Below are positions 1 through 11,274 of a DNA stretch of 64,000 nucleotides, piece by piece; position 1 is the first letter of the stretch; each line of letters opens with the position of its first letter. This stretch comes from Selaginella moellendorffii (Eukaryota; Plantae; Lycopodiophyta): positions 2,682,494 to 2,746,493 of the forward strand of contig NW_003314268.1 of assembly GCF_000143415.4 (NCBI RefSeq), in the 5' to 3' direction. The position numbers and the translations under genes are program-made. A model generated the notes under the pieces. The model saw nothing but the letters and a program-made list of their open reading frames with translations, was not told the origin of the DNA and did not search any database.

Positions 1-410
1 TGCTGCAAGTGTCCAGTCCATTGTCCGGAGGTGGAGTAAGTATATCTTCCTCTGCAAAAGTTCTATTGGTTGTTTCTCTTATGCAGGGCGTAAAAACGGG
101 GCAGTCTCCTTCCAGAAGACAAGCCAAGGATTTTGTTTGCCTCTTTTATTTTGTTTCTTGTCTTTTCTTTTGTTTTCGCATACAACGTCTCAAGCTCAAA
201 GGCTCCTTCCAGAAGATAAAGAACGAGTAGATAGAAGCAATATTACATACCCGACCTGTATTTGGCTTTTATCCAAAATAGTAAATGCGGCTTCCATAAG
301 TATGGGGTATTTGCAAAGCTCTGGGATGCTTTTACAAGTTTTGTTAACCAAATACAGGTTATTTGCTGCATTGTATGGATGCTGGTTCCAGTCGCATTGT
401 CTCCGAGTCT
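1..410 (+). pseudogene. 3' end of the unknown coiled-coil gene (second copy of 25870-27487), truncated by the window edge
   Basis: 1-1328 is the near-identical reverse complement of 24979-26284; begins TGCTGCAAGTGTCCAGTCCAT (CCKCPVH). Confidence 0.6.
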
Positions 411-514
411 TGGCGATTTTGTGGAACTTAATGATCCTCATTTGAAGGGCTGGAGAGATTTTATGAGCATTATAGAAAAAGAAGAAAATTTCAAACGCGG
501 AACCAAAATATCAT

Positions 515-1345
515 ATTGGCCAACTCCAACCACGGCCACCTCGAAGAAGCCATGAAGATGTTTGCATGGATGCCACAGAGCGATCTCGTCGCTTAGACGG
601 CAATGGTGGCGGCAATTGCTTTGCACGGGATCTTGAGTCTTGTTGGACCAAATGCCACAGCACGATAGCGTCGCGTGAAACACGCTTAGATCCAGAGCAA
701 TTGCCCTCGTCCAAGCGCGGGAGCTGAGAGACACAGCGAGCTGGATTGCCGCTCAAAGGGGGAATCTCTTGCAGGCCGGGAAGATCTTATCCACGTTGCC
801 TGATCAGAGCATTGTGTCGTGGAACGCGATGATCCCTGGTTGCGCACAGAATGGCCATGAGCGAAAAGCCGCTGAGTTTTTTGGCAGCATGGAGCTTCCC
901 ACCGTGATTACAAGTCAGGAGAATCGCCTGGAAACTTATCTCGTTTCTCGCCTCGCCCTCCATCGCCGTGTGGCACTCGACTACTTTCGATATGGTGGCC
1001 TAGTACAGCATTTCTCCAAAAGTGAGTCACTTCCAGGCGATGGCAGATGTGCTGGGACGAGCCGGGCTGGTTGCCGAGGCCGAAGGTCTGCTGCTGGTGA
1101 TGCCCTTCCAGCCGCATTTCCTCGCGTGGAAGAGCTTGATCAGCGCTTGCAAAGTTCATGGTAGCGGCAAGAACATCGATGCGGCAGCTCGTGCCGCAGA
1201 GAAACTCTTGGAGATGGAATTGGCGCTCTACGTGCTCATGTCGAATCCGCAAAAGCAGGATTCAAGGTTGCCTTCCAACGTTCAAGTGCGGCCTTCTAGG
1301 TTTTTCAAGATTTGCACGCTGCACCCTAGGAAGAAAAAAACATAA
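515..1345 (+). pseudogene. PLS-class PPR protein with E domain, 3' fragment, frameshifted
   Basis: Motifs SIVSWNAMI.GCAQNGH and HFQAMADVLGRAGLVAEAE..MPFQP..AWKSLISACKVHG..AARAAEKLLEME spread over several frames. Confidence 0.85.
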
Positions 1346-1639
1346 ACACAAAATTTGAAATTCGTTCATTAGCTTGTGGGAAGAATTGCGATTACTGCAA
1401 TTTCGGTTAACTTTCTAGCATCTAAAAATGTAACATAATACAAACAGAAAAATAATTATTAATTAATTAATTTTAAATGGATAAATGAAGCATAAACCAT
1501 TTTCTGATCCCATTGCTGATCACTACTGATGCATGAATCTATTTGGGCATGTTAGATTACTCAATAGATTGTCAAAAGCCTACCAATGTAGCATTTATTT
1601 ATATGCTTTAGAGTTCTTATCTTCCATAAATCAAACTTT

Positions 1640-2345
1640 CAAATAGTTTAATTATGTGCAGATTATTTACCACAGAAAGTATTGTGATAATAATAAGATT
1701 CCCTATTATGGTCAACTTGATCTGACTAAAGAAAAATCACTATTTAATTAAAAAAATTTGGTAGATATTCAAAATTAGGTGATTCATATGATTTAATGGG
1801 ATTTTATATCAAAATAAAGTTATAATAAATATATACAAATTGTGGAAAAAAACAAATCAATTGATAAACTTCTTTATTAAAATAGTTTTTTGGCTATGCA
1901 GAATATCAACAATTTGCATAAAAAGTATTTTTTGTCAACTTATTGACTATACAAGAATGATGCATAAAGTGTATGTATATAGAAAAACACAAATCACATG
2001 AAAGTATTTTTTGGTGAACAAAATAAAGATTATTTTACTATTAGGATTTAGACAATTTAGTAACTATAATATATGGTGAAATTTACAAATAATAATTTGT
2101 TGACTCTTGATGTAATTTTTGGAACTAAAAACTATAGAGTAAAGTTTTCATTTATTTTAAAGTGAATAATTTTTGATAATTTATAGTTCCTATTGTACAC
2201 CATGTTTATTTCTTATTATCATAAAAAAATGGTATTTTAGTTATATGGGATAATGAGAGATGAGAGAATATATGAAAAATTAAATAATAACTTTTAATAA
2301 TTAAGTTTTAAAACATATACCAGATTGGAATGAATGATAATTTAA
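1640..2345 (+). mobile_element. AT-rich MULE-like transposon remnant
   Basis: 1700-1960 resembles 41400-41620; 2085-2170 resembles the reverse complement of the DATFGTN-coding stretch at 40718-40800; boundaries approximate and orientation mixed. Confidence 0.5.
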
Positions 2346-2348
2346 CAT

Positions 2349-2400
2349 TGTGAGTGCTTGGAATATGAAAAGGAAATACAGTGAATGTGTATATCAATTA
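2349..2400 (-). mobile_element. Truncated LTR fragment of the gypsy family at 15326/19972
   Basis: TGTGAGTGCTTGGAATATG...TATCAATTA matches 15326-15377; fused directly to PPR sequence. Confidence 0.75.
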
Positions 2401-5400
2401 CCTCACAAATCTTCTCATCCAACTCTATGGAAGGTGCAAGAGCACAGATTGAGCATCTGTTTGATCAGATGCCACAAAGGGATATTTCTGCATGGATGAT
2501 TTTTATAACAGCTTGTGAAAACCGTGGAAACTTGGAGGAATGCCGATCATTGTTTGATCAGGTTCCAGAATGGGATGTAAATTTCTGGAACTCTCTACTT
2601 ACAGTATATACCCACAACGGGCATATGGATCAAGCAAGGCAGATCTTTGATGGAATGGTAGAACACAACATAGTTTCTTGGGCTGTTATGGTTACTGCGT
2701 ATGCAAGAAAAGGTGTTGTTAACGAAATTTGTTTATGAGAATCCCCGAAACCAACAAGCTGGGATGAACTGTTCTTGTCACTGCATATGCCCAGCTTGAG
2801 CATAATAAAAAAGCCAAGGAGCTTTTCAGTAAAATGCCACACCACGACTTAAATCTCGTGGAACGCAATGCTAGCGGTAACGTCCAGCCTAAGAAGCAAG
2901 GTCTCTGTTTGATGCCATGCCACAGAAGAACGTTGCATCGCGGTCGACAATATAACAGCACTGGCCGAGAGATACCAGCTCGAAGAAGCTCGCATTCACC
3001 TCCCCGACGACGTGGTGTGGACTGACATGATCTTGGCCTACTCCAACCACGGCCACCTCGAAGAAGCCATGAAGATGTTTGCACGGATGCCACAGCGCGA
3101 TCTCGTCGCTTAGACGGCAATGGTGGCGGCAATTGCTTTGCACGGGAGGTTGATGGATGGCATCTTGTTCGACCAAATGTCCCAGCATGATATCGTCGCG
3201 TGAAACACGATGCTGGGAGCTTACATCCAGAGCAATTGCCCTCGTCCAGCGCGGGAGCTCTTCGCGACCATGATGGTGAGAGACACAGCGAGCTGGATTG
3301 CCGCGAGCACTCAAAGGGGGAATCTCTTGCAGGCCGGGAAGATCTTCTCCACGTTGCCTGATCGGAGCATTGTGCCGTGGAACGCGATGATCCATGGCTG
3401 CGCACAGAATGGCCACGCTGAGTTTTTGACAGCATGGCGATGGAGAAACGAGATAAGTTTCCAGGCGATTCTCCTGACTTGCGGAAGCTCCGAGTGGCAC
3501 TCAACTACTTTCGATCTATGGTGGCCGAGTACAGCATTTCTCCATGTGATTCACTTCCAGGCGATGGCAGATGTGCTGGGACGAGCCGGGCTGGTTGCCG
3601 AGGCCGAAGTGTTGGAGCAGGAATCAAGGCGTCAAGGACACAGGAATCTGCAGCAGGAATCTAGGAAAGATTAAAGAAGATGAACGAGTATATAAGACTG
3701 TATACAACAAGCATTCAACAGCAGCTTTTCCCGTTCCATCATGGTATCAGAGAATTTTCTGTTCAGCAGGGCAGTGGGCTTGATGCAACGTAATGCAGAT
3801 CATGAGAGCCATCACAGGCAAAGCTCTGCCTCAGTAGGGCTTCTTCCTATTCTTCCCCTGCACTCTGTCTCTGTAGAGATTTTTTGATAGGCGGCAGCAA
3901 GCTGCATGGAACAGTGATAGGGTCAGGCAAGCAGTGTTCCAGTCTTGTGTGGATTTGCATGCAAGTCGTGCACAGCAGTCAAGATCTTGAGCAATGTTCA
4001 GGATAAGGCCGAACAGAATTTGGTGGAGCAAGAGGGTCCGATCAAGTTGATCTTGTTCTGCAGGCACTGTCAAGATTGACACCTGTCGATTGAGATGTCG
4101 ACAGGTGATGGGCGCATCCTGACTATCGCGAGCAAAAGCGGACATACCCCGAGTCCAGGTGATGGTGTCCCTCGTGAAGGAGTCCACTTAGCAACCAGCA
4201 GGGATTTGGAAGGATTTCCCGTGGAAATTAGTGCTGCTCTGTGCGAGGCCTACCGTCGCTGGCAGGGAAATTGCGGAGACTTTCTTTGCGAGCTGTCATC
4301 TGGCGGTGTTCTTCGCGCATATGATCCAGCTAAATACCGGGACTGGATACAGGAACTCGATTGGTTGGTTTGACAGCGCTGGTTTTTTCAGCCCGATCCA
4401 GCCATTCGATGGCCCTGGATCGCTCGACGATGTGGAGACGCTCCTTGGCAGTGGAAAAAGGAAGCTCGAGCTCTTCCACCGACACGGCCGGGGCTTGTTC
4501 CACCGTGGAAGACGAGGGTGGCGAAGTGGAAGACGTGACTTCTAGCCGCAACAAGCTCTCCAATCTTGTCGTTTCCAGCGGCGGCAGGCTCGCGAAGCTC
4601 GAGGTTGGCGATCCAAAACTTGTCGACGTCAAAGCAGCGTTTCTAGCGGGGCTCGGGCGACTCTCGGCAGTGGCGACTCTCGGCAGTGGCCGATGTTACT
4701 TCGGTGTACAAAGTTCTTTACGACTGTCCTGGCAGTCAGGCTCGCCGAGAAGCGTTTGAGACGCTCAGTGCGAGGTGGGGATGTGAATTTGCATCAGGGT
4801 TGGTAGGGGTGTTCTCGAAACGAGCTTCTCAGTGTCATATGGTTTTGGACTCCACCTAGGGTGTGGGGATATATCTTAGTCCGGAGAGTCTGTCTCGTCT
4901 GAGTTGCAGAGGCACGGATATTGACGTCTTGCTGTGCCGTGCGATTCTTGGCAAAGCTGAGCTTGTGCGAGATACACCACCAGTGGATGCTACTGAGGTC
5001 TTGCTGCAGCACAACAAACCGGAGACCTTCACCACAGATTGTCACAGAGATTGTCTTGATGATGGCTGGTCACACCCAAGCAGGGCATGGATTCCTTTTC
5101 CTATCTTTTTATTCTCATAGTTTGACCTTACAGCTTGGCATCGTCAACTACTTGTGGAAGGCCAAAGGATCTGATACACATGCAAGGACTGTTGAACGAA
5201 GCTACAATGAAGGCTCTTTGGGAAACTAAGGTACCTCAATATTATTCAAGTTTGGTTTCAATGTTTGGAGATGATTTGTGGTGCAATAGTAGACGACTTC
5301 AACCGTCACTCCATTGTCTGTTGTGACTCGATCCATTGTGATCAGATCCACTCTTTCATTTCTTTCTCGAAGAATTTCGAAGAGCTCTAGCCATGTGAGC

Positions 5401-7273
5401 ATAAGTCTTGGAGATGAAGATGCTGTCTCGGCAGAATTTCATACAATTCTGGCCACACATTGGACCCTCCATGGTCAAGACGAAATTGGGGAGAGCAAAG
5501 ATGGCAGCATTTCATACAATTCTGGCCCCACATTGGAATCTCCTTCCAGATTTCTGCACCATACAAGCATGGTGGGAAGGAGAAGAAGATGATGAGATGC
5601 ATCTTATGCAACGCTGAAATCTATGATGTACCAGTCTTCAGACAGGTACAGCACTTACTCTTTTGTACTTACATGTGTTTTGAATGTATAGGATATCTGT
5701 AAGATGGATTGCTATGGAGGGACAATGTTCTCTTACGCAACCAAGACGAAGGTATTTCTTATTTCTGGCATTAAACCAAAGGTGGCAGGTTACAGTGCTA
5801 TCAGGATACTGCTGTATTAGTACTAAGCAGATTTGCCACTCTTGGAGGAAAATACAATGCCATAGTGCTCCTAGAGCCTCCAACTCAGAGAAAGGTACAA
5901 TTCTACATGGCACTGACCCTAGAAAGTGTAGGTCCAGATACTTTACAGGTCTAGCCAGAAAATGATAGGTCTTGGTCAGTAATTTTGAAGTTTGTAGTAT
6001 CTTCTAATACATGGGTTCTACGTGTTCACAACATAAGTATATTGCAAACTTCTTAAGGTGTTTCTAAACCACGTTCTGAGGGGGAGAAAAAGGAGATGCT
6101 TTACCAGAACGTGTTTCTCAAGTCATATATTTTGATGAGTGCTCCTTCTGGCTCTCGTACATGGACACTGCTAGGTTCTTCTTGGAGAGCAACTCAATCC
6201 AGGACAGCAGCGGCAGATGCAAGAGCTGTGTGCTGAGGATTGTGGAGCTTGTTACCCAGATGGAATGCCAGGGATCAGCATGTTCGTCGACACTTTCATG
6301 GAGGACATGGAGATGAGGGAGACGATCCGGGCCGACATAGCTGCCATCCCCGAGCGGCGAGTTTGAACGTTGACAATAAACGATACAACCAGGTACATTA
6401 TTTTAATTTACTAATACAGTGAGTTTTTGGTGTAGCATGCAATGTTGCTATGGAAGGCAGCTAAAGAAACACTCTACGTTTTGAATTGCAAACAACCCTG
6501 AATGACAACACAGGTGATTGCCTGGAAAGAATGAATACTTTCTCATGAAGATCTCAACACTTGCTACTGATAGGCATTGTGATCATGGGGGCGAACTTGG
6601 CAGAGCTGAGGAGTCCACTGACAACATGATCACATACTAGTACGTGCTGTGCAATCATGAGCGTGAATGTGGAGCTCAGAATCGATGAAAAGGAGCAGCT
6701 GGAACTCCAAGACGAGCCAATACTGGTTCCAATGCTCCATGCTTACGAGTGCAAGCTGCTTGCGAAGGCAACTCTGGACACAACAGTTCACCACAAGCTA
6801 GGACCGTACCAACGCAGGGGGAGTAGGCGATATGGTCTGATCTCTAGGATGGATCAGATCAAGGGGGAGTGTTGGAGCACGAATCAAGGCATCAAGGACA
6901 CAGGAATCTACGGCAGGAATCTAGGAAAGATTAAAGGAGATGAACAAGTATATAAGATTGTATACAACAAGCATTCAATAGTAGCTTTTCCCATTCCATC
7001 ACGAAGGTCTGCTGCTAGTGATGCCCTTTCCTCACGTGCTTGATCAGCAGTTGCAAAGTTCATGGCAGCGGCAAGAACATCGATGCTGCAGCTCGAGCCG
7101 CAGAGAATATCTTCATGATGGAACCAGGGGACTCGGCGCTCTACGTGCTCATGTCGAATCTGCAAAGGCAGGATTCCAGAGAAAGCTTGCCTTTCATGCA
7201 TGACCTTCGAACAGCTCGAACTGGGACAGCAGGAAGAAGAGAGAAAAGTAAGAAACATAAACACAAATTTTGA
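2401..7273 (+). pseudogene. PLS-E PPR pseudogene interrupted by the LTR element at 3610-7001
   Basis: LFDQMPQRD..W and IFDGM.EHNIVSW repeats; GCCGAAG before the element resumes as CGAAGGTCTGCTGC at 7002, as in the uninterrupted copy at 1079-1095; many frameshifts. Confidence 0.88.
3610..7001 (+). mobile_element. Non-autonomous Ty1/copia-type LTR retroelement with 132-bp LTRs
   Basis: LTRs 3610-3741 and 6870-7001 (TG..CA, 10 mismatches by my count); PBS TGGTATCAGAG 3742-3752 (tRNA-iMet); PPT AAGGGGGAG 6861-6869; TSD CGAAG at 3605-3609 and 7002-7006; copia-like terminal IKGEC. Confidence 0.92.
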
Positions 7274-8061
7274 CCAACCTGATGTGATCTAACCAAATTC
7301 ATTCAAATGAATTTGCTTGTGACCAGCGAAGAGAATTGTGAGCAATTTTCGGTTGCATCTATAAATGTAACATAGTCTGCAAATATTTATAACTTTAACA
7401 AGACTTAATATCAGAAAATAATTATTAATTGATTAATTTTAAACGCATAATACCATGCTGGATGGCTGAAGCATAGACCACTTTCTGGTCCCGTCACTGA
7501 TCACTCTGCGTGATTAATCTGTTTGGGTGCTGGATTGCCCAAGAGATTGTCAACAGCCTCCTAGTGAGAAGAGACGATGTAGCATTTACCACTTTTCTTG
7601 CAGCGTATACACTCCTAATATATATGCTCCAGAGTTCTTATCTTCTATTTCGACCACTGACTTGGTTCTATCGAGCTTTGAGTTTGAGCTAAAAGAGGGA
7701 CTTCATAGATATAGATACATTTTCGGCTTGTTCAATTTTGACATGATCATTAACACTAAATAGTGCAGCATCGATAGTTTAGATTTCATAAAAACAGAAT
7801 AAAAAATTAACAAAATAAATTTGTGATCATCCTGGCTATTGATTGATGGTTCCTCCTAAACTTTTGTACCCCGATGAAAAGCGAGGAAGGCAACAGGACC
7901 TTCCTGTGACTTACTCAAGCCCATAGAAGGGACTGACAGATAAATGACGAGCTTTCGCTCTTCCTGCTATTTGTTTTTCTCTTGCAGTGCCTGCAATCAA
8001 AGAGTAGCATCTAGACAAATTGGTTTCCAAGAAACGTACCTCGTCAAGTTCCCTGTCTCTC

Positions 8062-9669
8062 TCAGAGGTGGAAGAATTCACCAGGATACAGAAAGGCTCG
8101 TACCTGGTCGGCGTTTTCACCTGTCAGAGGAGGGTGCCCCGGAGCAGATGGCTCCACCTCCAAATCACTCTTGACCCGCTTGGGATCATTGGCTGTCAAC
8201 TTCCAGACGAGGTTCTCGTCGCTCATGATCTGGGGGCTGTTCTCCACATCGCGCTTCCTGATCGATTCAGCTTCGTCAGTCCATATTGTCAGCTCAAGTG
8301 CAGAGACTACTAACCTGTGGGAAAAAGGCCGGATGCGGGGCTCCATCATGATGAACTTCTGCATTTGTTTCTCCATCTCAGCCCGCTTCTTTGCCAGTGC
8401 TGCGACATCTCCAGGATCGAACACGGTGCCAGAACGATCCGCCACCTTTCGTCCTTGTTCCCGTCCATGAAACTGCTCTGGAACCCCGTCGCGTCGAGAT
8501 GATAGGCGCACTGGGAGCTCGTTTGCAGCCATTTTCTCGCCTGCTGGATGATGAGAGTAGCCACCAGTCGAGAAGAGTGGATCATCCTCCGGAGTGGCTG
8601 AGAACAGCCTTGGCTTGTCGTCAACTTCATGCGCAGGAAAGACGACGAGAGGATCCTCCATCGTGACGTTTTCCCGGCTTCCCTGCTGGCCATGCACTGG
8701 ATCAGCAGCACGAAAGAGTGGATCGTTCCCGGACGCAGACTTGTGGCGAGCACCAGCGGGAAGAGCAGACGGTGGCAGCCGCCTTGGTGGCCTCAGGAGC
8801 TCGCGAATTCTGTGGTCAGCAGCCGGCTTCTTCCTGCCAGCTTTCAACTGCGATGATGGTCGAGGCTCCACTTTGGTAATGAGGTGCTCCCGCTGGTTGC
8901 TGCTGCTGCCGCTGTTGCCACCGCTAGGTTGATGGCCATACTCCACCAGGATGTCGTCGTGGTGGATGTCACCGTGCACCTTGTTCCTTCTCCTCTTCAA
9001 GAGTATCCAGACTCCAGTGCCGATGGCTACCAGTGCGAGCAGGAGCAGAACGATGCCTGCCGCGAGGACACCAGGTGATGCCACGAATGCTGCTGCTGAA
9101 GATGGTGCTGACGACGCCGTAGGTGGAGAGGTGCCCAAGCCAAGGGGCCTTGGTTGCCACGTTATGGTCGAAGGTGGTGGCGATGGCGGCCTTGGGTTCC
9201 ACGTTATGGTCGAAGGTGGTGGCGATGGCCTTGGGTTCCACGTTATGCTCGAAGGTGGTGGCGATGACGGCCCGGCCCTCCTTGGTCGCCAGGTTACAGT
9301 GTCGGCCTTGTTGGGCGGCGAAGAAGAAGGTGGCGGCCCTGTAGCAGCTCCATCACCAGCTCGTCGATGTCCAGGGTGCCTCTTTGGCTCCGCTGCTGGA
9401 TGTTCCTTTGTGGGCGGAGAGCTCGGTGGTGGATGTCCAGCTCCATGATGCTCAGGAGAACTCGGTGGTGGCTTTGCTGGTGAGTGATGTCCCTCTGTGG
9501 GATTTGCTGGTGAGTGACTGTGCCTCTTGGCTGGCGCCGGTGGAGACCTCTTTGGTGGCGGAGATGAAGTTGTCGGCGCCCTCTTTGGCGATGGTTTGGG
9601 CGGCGGCGTCCTCCTCGTGTGCTCCCGGTGAGGCGGCGGGGGCGGTGGCGTGGAGATTTTGCGAGCCAT
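8062..9669 (-). CDS. Pro/His-rich extensin-like single-pass membrane protein (PRP-TM, 535 aa); only intact copy
   Basis: Long ORF: SPP/SPPP-rich N-terminus with no signal peptide, TM helix VLAAGIVLLLLALVAIGTGVWILL, stop-transfer KRRRNK, ~310-aa tail with no kinase motifs. A conserved GTACGT..TTGCAG 49-nt intron-like stretch just downstream means the true C-terminus may be spliced. Confidence 0.8.
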   Translation of the reverse strand: MARKISTPPPPPPHREHTRRTPPPKPSPKRAPTTSSPPPKRSPPAPAKRHSHSPANPTEGHHSPAKPPPSSPEHHGAGHPPPSSPPTKEHPAAEPKRHPGHRRAGDGAATGPPPSSSPPNKADTVTWRPRRAGPSSPPPSSITWNPRPSPPPSTITWNPRPPSPPPSTITWQPRPLGLGTSPPTASSAPSSAAAFVASPGVLAAGIVLLLLALVAIGTGVWILLKRRRNKVHGDIHHDDILVEYGHQPSGGNSGSSSNQREHLITKVEPRPSSQLKAGRKKPAADHRIRELLRPPRRLPPSALPAGARHKSASGNDPLFRAADPVHGQQGSRENVTMEDPLVVFPAHEVDDKPRLFSATPEDDPLFSTGGYSHHPAGEKMAANELPVRLSSRRDGVPEQFHGREQGRKVADRSGTVFDPGDVAALAKKRAEMEKQMQKFIMMEPRIRPFSHRLVVSALELTIWTDEAESIRKRDVENSPQIMSDENLVWKLTANDPKRVKSDLEVEPSAPGHPPLTGENADQVRAFLYPGEFFHL

Positions 9670-10196
9670 AGTTAGAGATGAAGCTTACCAGAGAGAGTCG
9701 CAGTATTTCAGCTCAAGCTCGCTTGCTTACCAGAGAAAACTCGCGCTTGCTTACTTCCCCTTTCTTAGGGCATTAAAGTGTCTGAAAGCTAAGTACGTTG
9801 TAGCGGCCAATAACGAGCCCGTAGAACAAAGTGAGGCGGGACACGTGGATGATGACATGGAGAGAGATGACTTGGCATGGGGTCCGACGTGGCGGGGAGG
9901 AGACCGGTTTGTTACAGAGGATCGGGCGGCGCATCAGGGGGGACTTCTTGGGATGCAGCGGGGCGGCGATAAGAAGGCGTGGCGGGAGCCAGGGCAGGGG
10001 GGAGATCATCTCAGGAGCAAACCCAAGGCGCTGGCAAGCAGGGGCTATCAAGATCCGACCAAGGTGAGGGCTTTGACCGGGTGTGGACTCCAGTAAGCCT
10101 CGCCCGGGCTTACGCCCATTTTAAGAAATGATGTGTGAATGGTATTTTTCGTACAAATAGAAGAATAGTATATTCTTGAAAGATATAAGAATTTGA

Positions 10197-10365
10197 AATC
10201 TGGGCCGTCTAATTGACAGTCATTGTTGTACAATCTAGACCGTGCATTTAAAACTTTCTGGACCGTTCCTTTATATACAATCTGAGCCGTACACTGCATA
10301 AAATCTTGGCTGTCGTGTTAATTAAATCAAAGCCGTCGATCTGACATGATCTCAACCGTCCCATA
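10197..10365. promoter_or_regulatory. Phased array of ATCnnRRCCGT motifs in the shared divergent promoter
   Basis: CCGT/CTGT cores at 10205, 10240, 10263, 10287, 10310, 10333, 10356; equivalent array in the other cassettes. Confidence 0.6.
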
Positions 10366-10581
10366 TTTAACTGACACACACACACTTGGCTAATGCGATT
10401 CTTTTAACATATCTATCTGTAAGCTTGTAATACGAACTTGTAATGGAATGGCGATTTTCGGGAACTTAGTGATCCTCATTTGAAGGGTTGGAGAGATATT
10501 ATAGAAACGAGAAGAAAGTCTCAAACATGGATAGATAAGGACTCCCACGACAACTCTCTAGCATTGTGTGCTGGCTCGAGC

Positions 10582-10589
10582 TATAAATA
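10582..10589 (+). promoter_or_regulatory. TATA box of CRP-A
   Basis: CTCGAGC-TATAAATA ~50 nt upstream of the ATG; also at 46517, 56798 and 37144(-); changed to TATTAATA at 44389-44396. Confidence 0.75.
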
Positions 10590-10634
10590 TGAGCCCAAAT
10601 CAAACCACTTCTAACAAGCTTACTCTAGCAGATC

Positions 10635-10847
10635 ATGAAGAACAAGGCTTTCTTCATGTTGTTTTTGGCACTCGCCATATTTGTGATGATGCTGGCCATG
10701 GGCGTGGACGTGGGAGGAATCGCAAAGGCTGCTGCCCAGCGCTGCCAGTCGGGGCGGTATTGGTATGAAAACAGTTGCCACCGTTGCCAGAGGGGTTGGA
10801 GCTGGCGCAACCGAAACCTCCAGTTTCACGGGGTAAGCCCAAGCTAA
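10635..10847 (+). CDS. Secreted Trp/Cys-rich peptide CRP-A, variant with altered C-terminus (3 Cys)
   Basis: Signal peptide MKNKAFFMLFLALAIFVMMLAMG; 18-nt deletion between GCGCAAC repeats removes Cys4; stop TGA changed to CGA. Confidence 0.7.
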   Translation: MKNKAFFMLFLALAIFVMMLAMGVDVGGIAKAAAQRCQSGRYWYENSCHRCQRGWSWRNRNLQFHGVSPS

Positions 10848-11059
10848 AAATCAGCATCATAATTGCCTTTGATGTCATCATTCTGCAGTGCCAAGCTCAA
10901 TCAAGACACTGATGACGTGTTTTTTGTATCGTGGGATGCTGCATGGCATTGCATGAGTTCCAGCAATAAAATATACATTGTTCAAGCCTTGATATAAAAT
11001 GTCTGAATCTTCTCGTCTCTTCTCCAAATCTCGGACTTCCAATCGATTGCTCCAATGAT

Positions 11060-11274
11060 CGGCAAGCAATAAGACTCGATTGGAGCATCAAAACCAGGCC
11101 CAGGCACACCTAGCGGTGGGAGTGAAGGTCGGGGGGATCACCAAGGCGATGGCGCATCGCTGCTGCGGAGGATGGTAGTGGGATGGATTTCGCTGCGTGC
11201 AATGCAATTAGTACGGGTGTGACAACAGCTGCCATCGAGGGTGGCGCTGGAATGGCAGCCGCTGCTTCCGCTGA
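11060..11274 (+). pseudogene. CRP-C, degenerate three-module peptide paralogue
   Basis: Translates LAVGVKVGGITKAMAHRCCGGW*WDGFRCVQCN*YGCDNSCHRGWRWNGSRCFR*. Confidence 0.7.

Noticed and set aside
2719-3504. Long minus-strand ORFs over PPR regions (also 30475 on plus, 49519)
   Set aside because: Antisense to recognisable PPR motifs; recurrence is explained by duplication
8951-9448. Gly-rich ORFs (also 38031, 45256, 55450, 62254)
   Set aside because: Antisense shadows of the Pro-rich coding strand
8062-9669. Calling PRP-TM a PERK kinase or formin
   Set aside because: No kinase or FH2 motifs in the ORF or in downstream sequence of any copy
10197-10365. CRISPR-like repeat/spacer array
   Set aside because: Units are only 23 bp with a degenerate ~11-bp motif, there are no cas genes, and the context is eukaryotic
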